Shown here: piece by piece, positions 1 to 13,806 of the stretch | Position numbering within the stretch: the stretch's first letter is position 1 | Layout of the letters: every line of letters starts with the position of its first letter | Assembly: GCA_964016885.1 (NCBI GenBank) | Contig: OZ024749.1 | Coordinates: forward strand, 6,572,001-6,636,000 | Source of the DNA: Eledone cirrhosa | Taxonomy: Eukaryota | Length of the DNA: 64,000 nucleotides | Direction: 5' to 3' | Position numbers and translations under genes: made by a program | Notes under the pieces: model-generated | Seen by the model: only the letters and a program-made list of their open reading frames with translations | Databases searched by the model: none | What the model was told of the DNA's origin: nothing

Positions 1-1050
<1,050 letters not shown>

Positions 1051-1060
1051 AATGAAGTTA

Positions 1061-1165
1061 AATAATTGTTTCTACTTTAGGCACAAGGCCAGCAATTACC
1101 CAGTGCATTACTGGTACTTTATTTTATCGACCCCGTAAGGATGAAAGGCAAAGTCAACCTCGGCA
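1061..1165 (-). mobile_element. Family A SINE, 3' part
   Basis: Reverse complement of gcctttcatccttacggggtcgataaaataaagtaccagtaat...ggccttgtgcctaaagtagaaacaatt, seen in many copies. Confidence 0.85.
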
Positions 1166-1184
1166 GTTAAATAATGATGATAAC

Positions 1185-1870
1185 ACATACAGAAACTTGT
1201 AGAGATACACACACACACTCACTGTCACACACATACACATGCACACACACGTACACACATTCATACAGAAACATATACACACACACACAGACATTCATAC
1301 AGAAACATACACACACACATTCATACAGTAACCTATACACACACACACACAATCATACAGAAACATATACACACACACACATCCATACAGTAACCTACAC
1401 ACACACACACATACATACATACAGTAACCTATACACACACACATACATACATACAGTAACCTACACACCTACACACACACATACACACATGCACACACAC
1501 AAGTACACACACACACACAAGCACACACACGCACACAATTTCACAGCCCTATAAAACCAAGCATTCATACACGTTTTTATGCGCATGCTTGCACACCCAC
1601 ACACACACAGGCACACGCACACACACATACACATATGCACACAGACACACAGGCACACACACACACATATACACACGCACACACACACACGCGCACACAA
1701 ACACATAAGCACACACATACACACACGGGCACACGCACACATGCACATACACACACACAGGCACACACACGCACGCACACATAAGCATACACACACACAC
1801 ACATACACACAGGCACATACACACACACAAGCACACACACACAATTCCTCAGCCCTATAAAACCAAGTAT
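1185..1870. repeat. (CA)-rich low-complexity repeat with duplicated caatt...cagccctataaaaccaag unit
   Basis: Unit seen at ~1535-1565 and ~1842-1870. Confidence 0.9.
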
Positions 1871-2016
1871 TCACGTACATGTTTATATTTGTTTGAAGGA
1901 GTTCTTGTGACCCAGGAGAGGCTGATGTACCTTTGACACACCTGAAGAGTTCTTTTTGACCCTTTAGTTTATATCATTTTTAGTTTTGCAACCAAAGGGC
2001 TGTGGATTGGCAGTAT

Positions 2017-2967
2017 CGGTAGAGAGTCGGACGCCATGCCTTGCAGCATAGAGTTACGGCCCTTTATGGTCCGAGTTCAAATCCCGCCGAGGTTAAATTT
2101 GTTTGCCTTTCATCCTTATGGGGTCGATAAAATAAAGTACCAGTAATACCCTGGTATAATTGCTGGCCTTGTGCCAAAAGTAGAAACAATTATTATACGG
2201 TGTCATTTGGATTGGCAGTATCGGTAGAGGGTCAGACACCATGCCTTGTAGCATAGAGTTACGGCCCTTTATGGTCTGAGTTCAAATCCCGCCGAGGTTA
2301 ACTTTGCCTTTCATCCTTACGGGGTCGATAAAATAAAGTACCAGTAATACACTGGGATAATTGCTGGCCTTGTGCCAAAAGCAGAAACAATTATTTTTAG
2401 TTTTGCAACTAAAAGGGCGGTGGTTTGGCAGAATCAGTAGAGCATCAGACAACATACTTAGCGGTATAGAGTTATGGCCCGTTACACTCTGTGTTCAAAT
2501 GCTGCCAAAGTTAACTTTACCTTTCATTACATCACATGGGGCCAATAAAATAAAGTACCAGTAACGAACTGGAGTCAATTTAATCGATGTTCCCGCTCCC
2601 ACACCAAAATTGTTGACCTTACGTCCCTTTACGGTTTGAGTTCAAATCCCGCCGAGGTTAACTTTGCCTTTCATCCTTACGAGGTTGATAAAATAAAGTA
2701 CCAGTAATGCACTGGGTAATTGCTGGCCTTGTGTCTAAAATAAGAAAGCATTATTTTTAGTTATGCAATGGAGGATTGGCAGTATCGGTAGAGGGTCAGA
2801 TGCCATGCTTGCCAGCACAGAGTTACGTCCCTTTATGGTCTGAGTTCAAATCCTGCCAAGGTTAACTTTCCCTTTCATGCTTACAGGGGTTGATGATAAA
2901 ATAAATAAAGTACTAGTAATGTACTGGGATAATTGCTCGCCTTGTGCCTAAAATAAGAACCCATTAT
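2017..2967 (+). mobile_element. Head-to-tail array of ~5 family A tRNA-derived SINE copies
   Basis: Repeated ttggcagtatcggtagag (A-box-like), gagttcaaatcc (B-box), gcctttcatcctt..ggggtcgataaaataaagtaccag core and gtagaaacaattatt tail. Confidence 0.9.
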
Positions 2968-3721
2968 TTTTTAGTTTTACAAGTATTTTTAAATGAACAT
3001 GGCGACTATTTTGATTCTTTATTCCGTTGTTTAACTCACACAAACATCTGCTGAAGAATGGATAGATATATTGATGAAACCTTAAGTATAAAGTATTTCA
3101 AGATGAGGAACACTCTCTCTCTCTCTTTCTCTCTCATCCCCTGTCTCTCTCTCTCACTTTCTCTCCCTCTAGAAAGAGAGAGAGAAAGATATTTCTCTCT
3201 CTCTTTCTATCTCTCTCTCACACCCTCTCACCTTTTCTCTCTATCTCTCTCTCTCTCCCCACAGAAAACACCACCACAAACAGCAACAACAACATAACCA
3301 ATAACACCACCACCACCACCACCACTACCAACCAAATTACTCACAACACCATCACCAACAACTCCAATAACAATGCTTACACCAACACCGCTACCCCCAT
3401 CACCACCACCACCACCAATAACCACACTGAATCTCCCTGAGAATTACGTTAAAGATACACAGACCTGTTGAATGTTCAGTCATTTGCCCGTTAATATCAC
3501 AAGCATGCTGTATTGCTTATTAAACAGCTGGAACTCTCCTCATTGTAACCAATGGAGGTCAGCTTACACAGTCTCTAAGTGTGTGTGTGTGTGTGTGTGT
3601 GGGTGTGTGTGTGTGTGTGAGCACACGTGTATTATAAGTTCATATTAATTAGAGTTCTAACCCATGCTAGCATGGAAGATGGACGTTAAACGAAGATGAT
3701 GATGATGATGTTTGTCTATGT

Positions 3722-4030
3722 ATCATCATCATCATCATCATCATCACCGTTTTACGTCCGTTCATCCACGCTAGCATGGGTTAGACGGGTTGTCCTGTTG
3801 TGGGCAGTGTCTGGTCGGCTGACCATGCCTTGCTAATACGGGAACTGATTCTGGCTTGATTTCTACAGCTGGATGCCCTTCCTAACACCAACCTCATTTA
3901 CAGTGAGTGCTGGGTGCTTTTTCGTGGCGCCTACACGTCCACTTTACAGTGTGGGCTGGGTGCCTTTTTGCCGTGGCACCTCCACGACCACCTTGCAGTG
4001 GGAGGGTGTGGGGGCATATTGTCTATATGC
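3722..4030 (-). mobile_element. SINE body/RTE-type 3' tail (family B related)
   Basis: (CAT)n then cgttttacgtccgttc..ctagcatgggtt..ctggatgcccttcctaacaccaacc; near-identical copy at 15832-16135. Confidence 0.85.
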
Positions 4031-4031
4031 T

Positions 4032-4475
4032 TCAGCTTGTACCCATGGGAGGTTGGGTACTCTGTATTACTGCGTGATGCCAGAGGTCACGGTCGTGTGT
4101 CATCACCTTTGAGAGGTGTAATTGGGTAAGGTCGGCTTTTATCACCTCATCCCAGGTCATCTTATTTGTCCTCACTCCGCGGTTTCCATCGACTTCTAGT
4201 GCTCTGCACCTTTTTATGCAGCTGTCATCCTTCATACGCATCACATGTCCATACCAACGCAACCACCTCTCCTGCACACATCAGTTGATTCCTCTTATGC
4301 TCAGTCTCTTTCTCAATTCATTTATGCTTTGTCGTTCGCGTATATTACTATTACACATCCATCGGAGCATGCAGGCTTCGTTTCTCTCTAATCTACGTAA
4401 GTCTTCCACCTTCAGCGCCCAGGTCTCACTACCATGTAACATTGCTGTTCGGACACATGCATCATACAGTCTGCG
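4032..4475 (-). mobile_element. RTE-clade LINE ORF 3' fragment (decayed)
   Basis: [22 protein letters not shown]...ERNEACMLRWMC...ERWLRWYGHVMRM...DRDLW, typical RTE post-RT region, with an in-frame stop. Confidence 0.9.
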
Positions 4476-4531
4476 TATATATGTATGCCAGAATGTATGA
4501 ATGTATGCCAGAATGTATGTATATATGTATG

Positions 4532-4641
<110 letters not shown>

Positions 4642-4673
4642 ATGAGACGGGGGTTCTGTTTGGATCATTTGTC

Positions 4674-4720
4674 TGCTTGCAATTGTTTCTTCCAAACCGA
4701 GGTTTGATGTCTTCGGAGCA
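4674..4720 (-). ncRNA. Decayed hammerhead ribozyme motif
   Basis: tgct-CCGAAGA-(caaac/gtttg stem)-GAAA-caattg-CA-agca; two core substitutions. Confidence 0.45.
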
Positions 4721-5164
4721 ATTATTCAGTGATTTTTAACATACTTGACCTCCTTTTCAACACAAGAGACATATAGAAACATATGTATATATTGACCCAC
4801 AGTGGGTTGACATCCATTATAATAATATAGCATGGTAATTTGGAAGAAGCAATTGTGAGCGGATGAATGATTTGGGCGGAGCTTTGTTTCATGTAATCTC
4901 TAAATAACTGCTCTGTAAAACAACTGATGTTGTTACATTGAGCTATTTATCTTACTGGTAATAAGGTAGTAATGAATTACTGTCTTTCACTATTTAGGGT
5001 ATACTATATATATAATTATAAAAGGTTTTAGTATATACATAACCATAAATAGTATCCTTAATACTATATGTATATATATATATGTATTTATATGTGTATG
5101 TGTGTATGTATGTATGTGTATGTATGTGTATGTATATGTATGTGCTACTGGTAACATGTATCCC

Positions 5165-5732
5165 AGTACAACCTGTCTCATGGTCGGGTCGTTGGCGACT
5201 AAACTGGCAACCCCACCAAGGTTTCTTGGTGAGGAGGGTGACTTTGGACATCCTGCAGGACTAAAAACAAAACCTGTCAAAGGGCAAAGGAGCTCTTAAG
5301 AATCAATAGCCATCCAAAATCACCGGGAGAGATGACCCCTTAGCCTTTGTCAAGGCAGAATTCTAGGAGAAGGAAAACTCTCATATAACACCTGCAACCC
5401 TTGATGGTATCCAATGATGTTGACTTGTTCTTCTTTTTGGTAAATATCATCTTGGTTAAGAGAGTGGGACTGGCTTTGTGCAGTGCCTTTGCTCACTATA
5501 AAAGCTTCACGGCACAGGCATTGCTTTATATCTGGAGATCTCTCTGCACTTGTCATCACATGGTACCATGGGCTCTGCGCTATGTGTCAATAATGGTCAC
5601 AAGTGTAGTCTTTGTACCAGAGTTTTCAAGTCGCTGGCTGGACTAAAAAGTCACACTCGTTCAGCGCATCGGTAGTTCTCCTACATGGATATAAAGTAGT
5701 GGCCGTACTCGAAAACGAGTTGGCAGCCACCA
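5165..5732 (+). mobile_element. Non-autonomous RTE-derived bipartite element (5'UTR-like part joined to ORF C-terminus/3' end)
   Basis: ctaggagaaggaaaactc 5'UTR-like motif; 3' part encodes HKCSLCTRVFKSLAGLKSHTRSAHR* (C2H2-like); second copy at 20908-21470. Confidence 0.7.
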
Positions 5733-6135
5733 TATATGTATACATGCATGCATGTATGTATGCATGTATGTATATTCTCTTTTAAATTTGAGTACATATT
5801 TGCCCAGCCACCTTCCTGGTGGCAAGGTTGTAAAAGAAAAGAAAGTGTCATCCCTTGAATCGTAGGAATGTTTAACAAATTTTGAAGGTGTCAGATTTCA
5901 CGGCCATTTGTAATCTATGTTGACATAAACACTAATTGTGTCCATTGTGGTCAGTCTCATCATCAGACATATGTAATTACGGCTTATTTGAAGGAAACAT
6001 ACCATGTATGTATGTATATATGTGTGTGTATGTGTGTTTATGTATGTGCATGTGTAATAGGGTAGTCTCTGAGCATAAAGGAAGAAAGAGAAAACAAAAA
6101 TCATCTTTCTATCTCCATTATTATTTCTATCCCAT

Positions 6136-6258
<123 letters not shown>

Positions 6259-6378
6259 CAGGGTGTCCTCAAAAAATGTATACACACTTTGATTACCTGT
6301 ACAGGCAATATTTATTAGAATGCTGCTGAAATTTGTATCCATTTTTTGGGACACCCTGCATGTATATGTGTGTATGTA

Positions 6379-6413
<35 letters not shown>

Positions 6414-6658
6414 ATCTATCCCTGTTTATTTATTTCTCTCTCTCTCTATCTATTTCTGTCTCTAGCTCTCTCTATCTCTCTGCCCTCCCCTCACTCTCCT
6501 TTTCTTTGTTTCACTCTCACCGCCCTAGTCTCTCTCTCTCTCTCTCTTTCTATGTCACTCACACATCTTTCTCTTCATACACCTCCCTCACTCTCTCTTA
6601 CTAGATCTCTATGTTTCTCTCTCACACTCCCTCCACTCTCTTCCTCCATCTCTCTCCA

Positions 6659-6689
<31 letters not shown>

Positions 6690-6770
6690 GGAGTTATTAC
6701 TGTGTCATCACATTATATTCCAACAGTCACAATAACTGGCAGTCTTAGTAATTGATTATTTGGCCTCCAG

Positions 6771-6990
6771 TTCCATCCTTCCAATAAATGCCATATGACA
6801 TTCTTACATACCCCTACCGACATCGCTGCTGAAAGATGCTGGGGAAAATTTCATAAAAAAAATCTAATTTCACTGACTTTGGTAAAGAATAAAGCCAATA
6901 TTATCCTGGCAGATGTTAATTATACCTGGAAAACGTGGGAACTTCTTGGAAAGATACAAATGGACAATCTTTTGGATTCAACATTACAAA
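6771..6990 (+). CDS. Candidate internal coding exon (phase 0 to 1), unknown protein FHPSNKCHMTFLHTPTDIAAERCWGKF...MDNLLDSTLQ
   Basis: ctccag acceptor, GTAAGT donor at 6991, 73 open codons of normal composition in unique sequence. Confidence 0.5.
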
Positions 6991-7069
6991 GTAAGTAAGA
7001 AAAAAAAAAAAAGGAAATATTAAAATATTAAAGATGACATTTAACTCTTCAGAGAGTTGTAAGAACCAT

Positions 7070-7790
7070 GTCCTGACACACGATGTGGCTTGGGTATTCC
7101 AAACCTGGCAGAGCCCATCTCACTTTGTGTGAGTTGTAGGAACCATGCCCTCACTTACAACATGTTTGCAACATTTTAGAACTGGTACAGCACATCTTTC
7201 CTGCTTGAGAGAGGTGTAGAAACCGTGGCATAACACACGATGTGGCCTGGGCATTTTAAACCTGACAGAGCCCATCTCTCTTTCTAAGATTTATAGGAGC
7301 AGTCCCCTGATGCACAGCAAGTCTTGGGGCATTTTAAATATGGTAGAGCCCATCTCTCTTTCTAAGATTTATAGAAGCAGTCCCCTGATACACAGTATGT
7401 CATGGGTCATTTTAAACCTGGCAGAGCCCATCTCTCTTTCTAAGATTTATAGGAGCAGTCCCCCGACGCACAGCAAGTCTTGGGGCATTTTAAATATGGT
7501 AGAGCCCATCTCTCTTTCTAAGATTTATAGAAGCAGTCCCCTGATACACAGTATGTCATGGGTCATTTTAAACCTGGCAGAGCCCATCTCTCTTTCTAAG
7601 ATTTATAGGAGCAGTCCCCCGACGCACAGCAAGTCTTGGGGCATTTTAAATATGGTAGAGCCCATCTCTCTCTTGAGAGAGTTGTAGTAACCATGCCCTG
7701 ATACACAGGATGTCTGGGGTTTTTTAAACCTAGCAGAGCCAAAGCATGTCTAGAGCTTTTTAGATCTGCCAGAGCCCATCTCTCACTCAG
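7070..7790. repeat. Minisatellite, ~62-bp subunit forming a 124-bp higher-order unit
   Basis: Repeated agagcccatctctctttctaagatttat...; explains the repetitive ORF 7310-7687; related fragment near 51585-51640 on the minus strand. Confidence 0.9.
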
Positions 7791-8533
7791 TTGGAACAGA
7801 ATGTGTACTAAATCTAAATCTGAAAGTTTGAACACAGCTGCCTATCTAATCCAATCCAATCCCTTCTCATTTAAGTTGTAAGAACCCCTCCCTGATTCAC
7901 CTTCACCACATTCTGGTGCATGTCATATCTTCAGGAGTATAGCCATACTCACCACGATTGACCAATTGCAGGTTGGTGATGCTATTTAATCGATAGCTGG
8001 GGTGGATGGCCATTGGCTCTGAGGAATTCATCTGCCCTTTTAACAGCTCCTGTTTTTCTCCTCCTGGGATTCCACTAACCCTCCTCTCCACGAAGCAGGT
8101 TGTATTGTGTTACATGGTACCAACAGCAGGCAGAAGTCTGACCTGACCAGTTATGTATCCAATTATAAATACTAGCAAATTTGCCCTCAAATCACACACT
8201 ACGATATTATATCTAGAAATATATATAATTGTGTGTTTATGTATGTATACCTCATTATATATGATGTCATTTCATATAGAAGTGATGTCTACATGACTAG
8301 TACTGTTTCATGAATTCAACATTGAATGAAACTACTAAATCTGACATGACCAGACTTTCACCAGCTGAAGCCCTAACACTAGACCGAATATCCTGAATAA
8401 CTTATTGTATTCTGAGCTTTCGCAGTCGTCTCCCCCCATCGATCTAATGTGAGTTGTCGCCCCTTTCAGAAGAACTTCTTCTGCGCATGTGTATTCATAT
8501 AATTGTTTCCCTTTCCATATAATCTCATTTAAA

Positions 8534-8575
8534 CCAAGCTGATGATCCATCTAAGGTGAAACAAATTGTTCTCGG
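8534..8575 (+). ncRNA. Minimal type I hammerhead ribozyme motif
   Basis: ccaag-CTGATGA-tccatctaaggt-GAAA-caaattg-TT-ctcgg; weak stem II, one stem I mismatch. Confidence 0.6.
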
Positions 8576-8995
8576 GAATGGTGAATTAACTGTTGTGGAA
8601 CTACTTCTCTTTCTCTCTCTATATATATATAAGAAAAACGAGCAAGTTTTGTTTACATGTATTAGATTTTTCTTGTGCATCTACCTGTTACACATGTTTC
8701 ACAGAGGATTGGCTCAGGTTCACCTATAGGAGTTATGGACCCAACTCAATTATCGATCTGCTCTTCAGACTGGTGATGTGACAAAAAAAAATAGTGTTTA
8801 TTGTATGTATATATATATATATATATATATCAGTTCCTGTATATATATATAAATCAGTTCCTGTATGAGCAAGGCATGGTCAGCCAACCAGATACTGCCC
8901 ACAACAGGACAACCCGTCTAACCCATGCTAGCATGGAAGAACGGACGTAAAACGGTGATGATGATGATGATGATGATAATGATATATATATATAT

Positions 8996-9352
8996 ATTAG
9001 AAAGTGAGGTTTTTTTTACAAAATGAAAAATAACCGAGGTGTCCTACACGAGTAAAAGTATAAAGAAAAAAAGATGAAATCGAAAATGCAACTGGAGTCT
9101 TATTTAAAAAAAATATATATATATTTATTTGGCTCCTTTACCGGTTTCACAGTCCTTCTGCTTTTCAAAAGTAGAGTTGAGATGGAGGGTCTGTGGGTTT
9201 TCTCACAGATGTGAGAAAACCCACAGACCCTCCATCTCAACTCTACTTTTGAAAAGCAGAAGAACTGCAAAACCCCAGTAAAGGAACCAAATAAATATAT
9301 ATATTTTTTTTAAAATAAGACTCCAGTTGCATTTTCGATTTCATCTTTTTTT

Positions 9353-9355
<3 letters not shown>
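8996..9355. mobile_element. Palindromic HHR-variant element (Penelope-like remnant), centre ~9208
   Basis: ~145-bp near-perfect arms flanked by (TA)n; same family at 15543-15828 and 32298-33120. Confidence 0.75.
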
Positions 9356-9409
<54 letters not shown>

Positions 9410-10581
9410 GAGTTCGATTCCTGGACCAGGCGATGCGTTATGTCCTTGAGCAAGACACTTTATTTCCCGTTGCTCCTTCTACCTGGAGTTGCGACCGATA
9501 GATAGTATTAGCAATTGGAAAGACCAACGGAAACATTGTTCCCTCGGTCTGATTTGACAAAAAAGTCGATCGTTCCTATATATATATTTAAGAGTTAAAC
9601 AAGATTCAATGAATACATCAAATAATGAGTTTTACAAATATCTTTATCTAGTGTAATAACATAATCGTAGTTGCATTTATAAATAATTTAAGCACTCAAA
9701 TGACATTATGTATTATTATAAATGTTTGGTTTTCCCTGGAAGGTCGAACTTATATAATCATTTACTTAATACAATATATGAACAAATAATAAAATATAAT
9801 CTTGGTATATTATGATCAATACATATATATAGTTGAAAATTATGACTTCTTTAAGTTTAATTATAAGGCCATGTTGATACTTTAGGCACTCAAACTATTT
9901 AACAATAAATTCTTTAATAGTTATAACTATAAATATCTTATAAATTATATTATAGAAACTGTTGTCATTATTATAAGTAATTTTGGTAAAGATTACCTTC
10001 GTGGGGATATAAAACATTATATATATATATTTTCTTTCTTTCTCGGGTTTCGTAAATCCTTTAAATTTGTTTTCATAAAATTTGAACTTTAGAAATTTAA
10101 CATAATTATATTATAATATTAATACAAATACCTATTAACTTTTAAAAGCTAAACTTTGATTCTTTACCCTGAAATAACATAAATTAAATATTTTGAAAAT
10201 TAACCGCCAACTATATAAGAATCTGTGTGTCTAGAAACTTGAACATAAATTACTCCCCTTTGTTTCTCTCTCTCTTTAATCATCTTTCATCTGTCTTCTC
10301 AAGCTAAATACTAAATAAGTTATCACATCAGCTGTTTCTTCCTCTATGCTTTCCTTTCCATCCCCTTTCTCTAGTAGTTTTTAAAAATTAAAAGTTTATA
10401 ACAGTTATATTGATGCCATGTATTTCTTAAAATATATTACTTGCACCCTCTCAATTGTTTGTATTACATTATCTCATGTTCTCAATATTAGGGTATAAAT
10501 ATTGAATGTTGTCATAAGTTAATCACTTCCTTGATTAAATCTTAACCATCTACCATGTCAGGGTATGTCATGTATCATTTG

Positions 10582-10646
10582 ATTTTATCTGATGAGGACG
10601 TACTGTTGAACTTAATTCAGTACCTCTGAAATATGTATAATAAAAT
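10582..10646 (+). ncRNA. Minimal type I hammerhead ribozyme
   Basis: attttat-CTGATGA-(gtactg/cagtac stem II)-GAAA-tatgta-TA-ataaaat. Confidence 0.75.
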
Positions 10647-10689
10647 ATAATTGATTACAAGAATATCTATTTTGTTAATATTTGGAATT

Positions 10690-10727
<38 letters not shown>

Positions 10728-10804
10728 AAAATGTGAAGTTGAAGATGTTAGGGTCCTTTATTAATGGTGTGAATTGCATCCTTGTATAACGAATGTATAT
10801 ATAT

Positions 10805-11180
10805 ATAGTGGTTAGAGCATTGGGCTTGCCATCGAAAGGTTGTAAGTTCAATTCTCAAACTGGGTGATGTTTTGTTTCCTTGAGCAAGACACTTTATTTC
10901 ACATTGCTCCAGTTTACTCAGCTGTAGAAATGAGATGATAGGGACTAGGATCCCTATCATTCCACTGCAAAGTGGTGGTGGAGGTGCCAAGGCAAAAAAA
11001 ATAAGCAGCCAGCCCACATTGTAAAGTGGACATGTAGGCCCATGGTATAAAAGCACCCAGCACTCACTGTAAATGAGGTTGGTGTTGTGTTAGAAAGAGC
11101 ATCCAGCCGTAGAAATCAAGCCAGAATCAGTTCCCGTCCCACCCTTGCAAGCAGGGAAAAGTGAACGTAAAATGATGATA
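10805..11180 (+). mobile_element. Family B SINE (tRNA head, CORE-like middle, RTE-like tail)
   Basis: tagtggttagagc..gttcaattc..ccttgagcaagacactttatttcacattgctccagtttactcagctgtagaaatgag..aaaagtgaacgtaaaatgatgat. Confidence 0.9.
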
Positions 11181-11200
11181 TATATATATATATATATATA

Positions 11201-11315
11201 TAGTTGAAAAAAAATGAAAACGAAATTTCATTTCTCACTCTTAGTATGTATATATGTATATATGATAAACGTAGGCTAAACTGATGCGTGCATATATGTA
11301 TGTGTACCTGTATGC

Positions 11316-11360
<45 letters not shown>

Positions 11361-11802
11361 TGCTACTGTACGTCTGTATACATATATGTATGTACGTATA
11401 CATACATACTTACATTTAAGTAAGTGCCATACTAAGAGTGAGAAATGAAATTTCGTTTTCATTTTTTTTCAACTAATCGTTTTCGGTATGCCTGACCGAT
11501 TTAACTCACTCAATATGCAAATTAGGCTGCTCAGCCGTTAATTTTCATAAGGAAAGTATATACTTTCGAACGTTCAACTATCTGGCAGATGGGTAAACGG
11601 TGCTGATGATAGCTAACAAGCTTGAAACTAGTACATCGTTCCTGTGTCAGTGTTGAACAAAAAGGTGACGTGGTTGCCTTAACACCGTATGGCATAAATT
11701 CAGGCTGTTCGCTTTGTTGACAAACAAACGAACAAAGCGGCCGGCGTTATAATAAACGTAGGCTAAACTGATGCGTGCATATATGTATGTGTACCTGTAT
11801 GC

Positions 11803-11834
<32 letters not shown>

Positions 11835-11890
11835 GCATGCTACTGTACGTCTGTATACATATATGTATGTACGTATACATACATACTTAC

Positions 11891-11895
<5 letters not shown>
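11201..11895 (+). mobile_element. Retrozyme-like/mini-Penelope element, ~480-bp unit with terminal direct repeats and a short inverted flap
   Basis: 11265-11418 repeated at 11752-11895; 11201-11248 is the inverse of 11428-11475; one HHR inside; (TA)n flanks. Confidence 0.75.
11596..11640 (+). ncRNA. Minimal type I hammerhead ribozyme
   Basis: aacggtg-CTGATGA-t agct aaca agct t-GAAA-ctag-TA-catcgtt. Confidence 0.85.
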
Positions 11896-11947
<52 letters not shown>

Positions 11948-12149
11948 ATGAGTAGGCAGACCCAGAAAAACCTGGGACGACCTGCTAAACTCCGACCTCA
12001 CACACTTACACCTCTCCAAGACAATGTCACTGGACCGAGATCTTTGGCGGCAATCAGTAATAGAGAAGACCCGCCTTACCTAAATACAAAGTAAAACCTA
12101 CTACAGTCAGTAGGCATCTCTAACAAAATACACCCCTGTCCCACCACCC

Positions 12150-12477
12150 CCACCCCATCCACACCGCCCCTTTCAATGTAAAGTTATGTTGGTGCCACAA
12201 CATCCAGGCCGAAACAAATGAGATCGTGTAGTTGTCACGACAAAAAAACACACAGTCCACGCTGTAATGTGGCCATGTAGGCAACACGGTAAAAACCTCG
12301 CAGTCCCACACTGTAAATGTGGCTGGTGTTAGGAAGGGCATCCAGCTGTAGAAAACCTGCCAGACAGTCCTATGCGAGCAAGACAACCACTCTTGCCTCA
12401 AGTGGGAAAACTCCTGTCCAAACCCATGCAAGCGTGGAACATGGACGTTAAACGATGATGATGATGATGATGATGAC
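12150..12477 (+). mobile_element. SINE 3' body with RTE-like tail ending in (GAT)n
   Basis: Same sequence as 16558-16875 (minus), 18275-18975 and 53705-53985. Confidence 0.85.
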
Positions 12478-12479
12478 AC

Positions 12480-13245
12480 AATGCAGATCTTGGGTACACA
12501 AGAGATGTATTGGGATAGCAGGAAAACTAACAGGTAGGGAAAACTACATATGCATTAGATGTACAGGGAAATTTGACAGTAGAAGTCGCAGTAATAGACA
12601 CATTTTTCAAATGCAGGTAGGTTCTATAGATGCGGTTGATAGCTTCTGGTATCTAGGTGATCAGATTAGCATGGGAGGGGGTGTTCCGAAGGCCATAGTA
12701 TCTAGAATAAGGATGGGTTGAAAGAAGTTTACGGTTCCTCTGTTGACAAAGAAGGGTTTCTCCCTGCGTATGAAAGGCCAGTTATATGATGCCTGTGCGA
12801 GATGCACGATGCTGCATGGTAGTGTGACATGGGCAGCAACTACAGAGGATATGCGATGGCTGGAGAGAAATGAAGCAAGCATGCTCCATTGGATGTGCAA
12901 TGTCAATGTGCCTGAACAACCAAGCATGGATGTATTGAGAGAGAAACTGTGTATAAGAGGGATAAGTTGTAGTGTGCGGGAAAGACGACTGTGATGGTAT
13001 GGACATGTGATGTGCATGGAGGATGACCGCTGGGTAAAGAATTGCCAAGAAATCCCAGTAGAAGGAAGATGCAGTAGAGGAAGCCCACGAAAAAGATGGA
13101 TGGAGGTGGTAAGAGCAGAACTCAGATCACTGAAGCTCACGGAGGAGATGACGAAGGACCGTGACAAGTGGAGAGATGCTGTGCTGAATAGGACCCGTCG
13201 AACCCATGCAAGCAGGGAAAAGCGGACGTAAAATGATGCTGATGA
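12480..13245 (+). mobile_element. 5'-truncated RTE-clade LINE with frameshifts/stops
   Basis: CRSWVHKRCIGI..YICIRC, YLGDQIS, KGQLYDACAR..MLHGSVTW..ERNEASML, wYGHV, RGSPRKRWMEVV..DRDKWR; 3' tail aacccatgcaagcagggaaaagcggacgtaaaatgatg. Confidence 0.92.
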
Positions 13246-13317
13246 TATATATAATGTTTGTTATATATATATAATTATATATATATATATATATATAATG
13301 TTTGTTTTATATATATA

Positions 13318-13488
13318 TAATTGTTTCTACTTTAGGCACAAGGCCAGCAATTACCCAGTACATTACTGGTACTTTATTTTATGAAAGGCAAAGTTAACCT
13401 CGGCGGGATTTGAACTCAGATCATAAAGGGACGTAACTCTATGCTTCAAAGCCTGGTGTCCGACTCTCTACCGATACTGCCAATCCAC
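13318..13488 (-). mobile_element. Family A SINE
   Basis: Reverse complement of the 2017-2193 unit. Confidence 0.85.
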
Positions 13489-13619
13489 CTTGCTATTTGT
13501 ATATAGAAAATTATATATGTGCAAATTAAGTAATTCCGTCGGAAAAGTCCAGGAAAAAAGAGTGCTCTATGTAGGTAACAGAGCTTAATAGTTATGTAAT
13601 AAACAACATAAGGCAATTA

Positions 13620-13680
13620 TTTCATTTACCAGTGGTTTCTTAAAAGCAAAAAAATTTTGCTTTCAATCATCAGAATGAAA
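13620..13680 (-). ncRNA. Type I hammerhead ribozyme (mirror copy)
   Basis: Reverse complement of 13746-13806. Confidence 0.85.
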
Positions 13681-13745
13681 AAATTCCTGGTGTATTTATT
13701 GGCGTTGGATTTTAAAATCCAACAGCAATAAATACACCAGGATTT

Positions 13746-13806
13746 TTTCATTCTGATGATTGAAAGCAAAATTTTTTTGCTTTTAAGAAACCACTGGTAA
13801 ATGAAA
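13746..13806 (+). ncRNA. Type I hammerhead ribozyme
   Basis: tttcatt-CTGATGA-ttgaaagcaaaa/ttttgcttttaa-GAAA-ccactgg-TA-aatgaaa. Confidence 0.88.

Noticed and set aside
7903-8091. 62-aa minus-strand ORF with an internal GTGAGT
   Set aside because: No convincing in-frame acceptor and no recognisable product
9590-10020. Possible decayed Penelope RT/GIY-YIG coding remnant
   Set aside because: No motif recoverable by eye; no autonomous Penelope ORF is visible in this window
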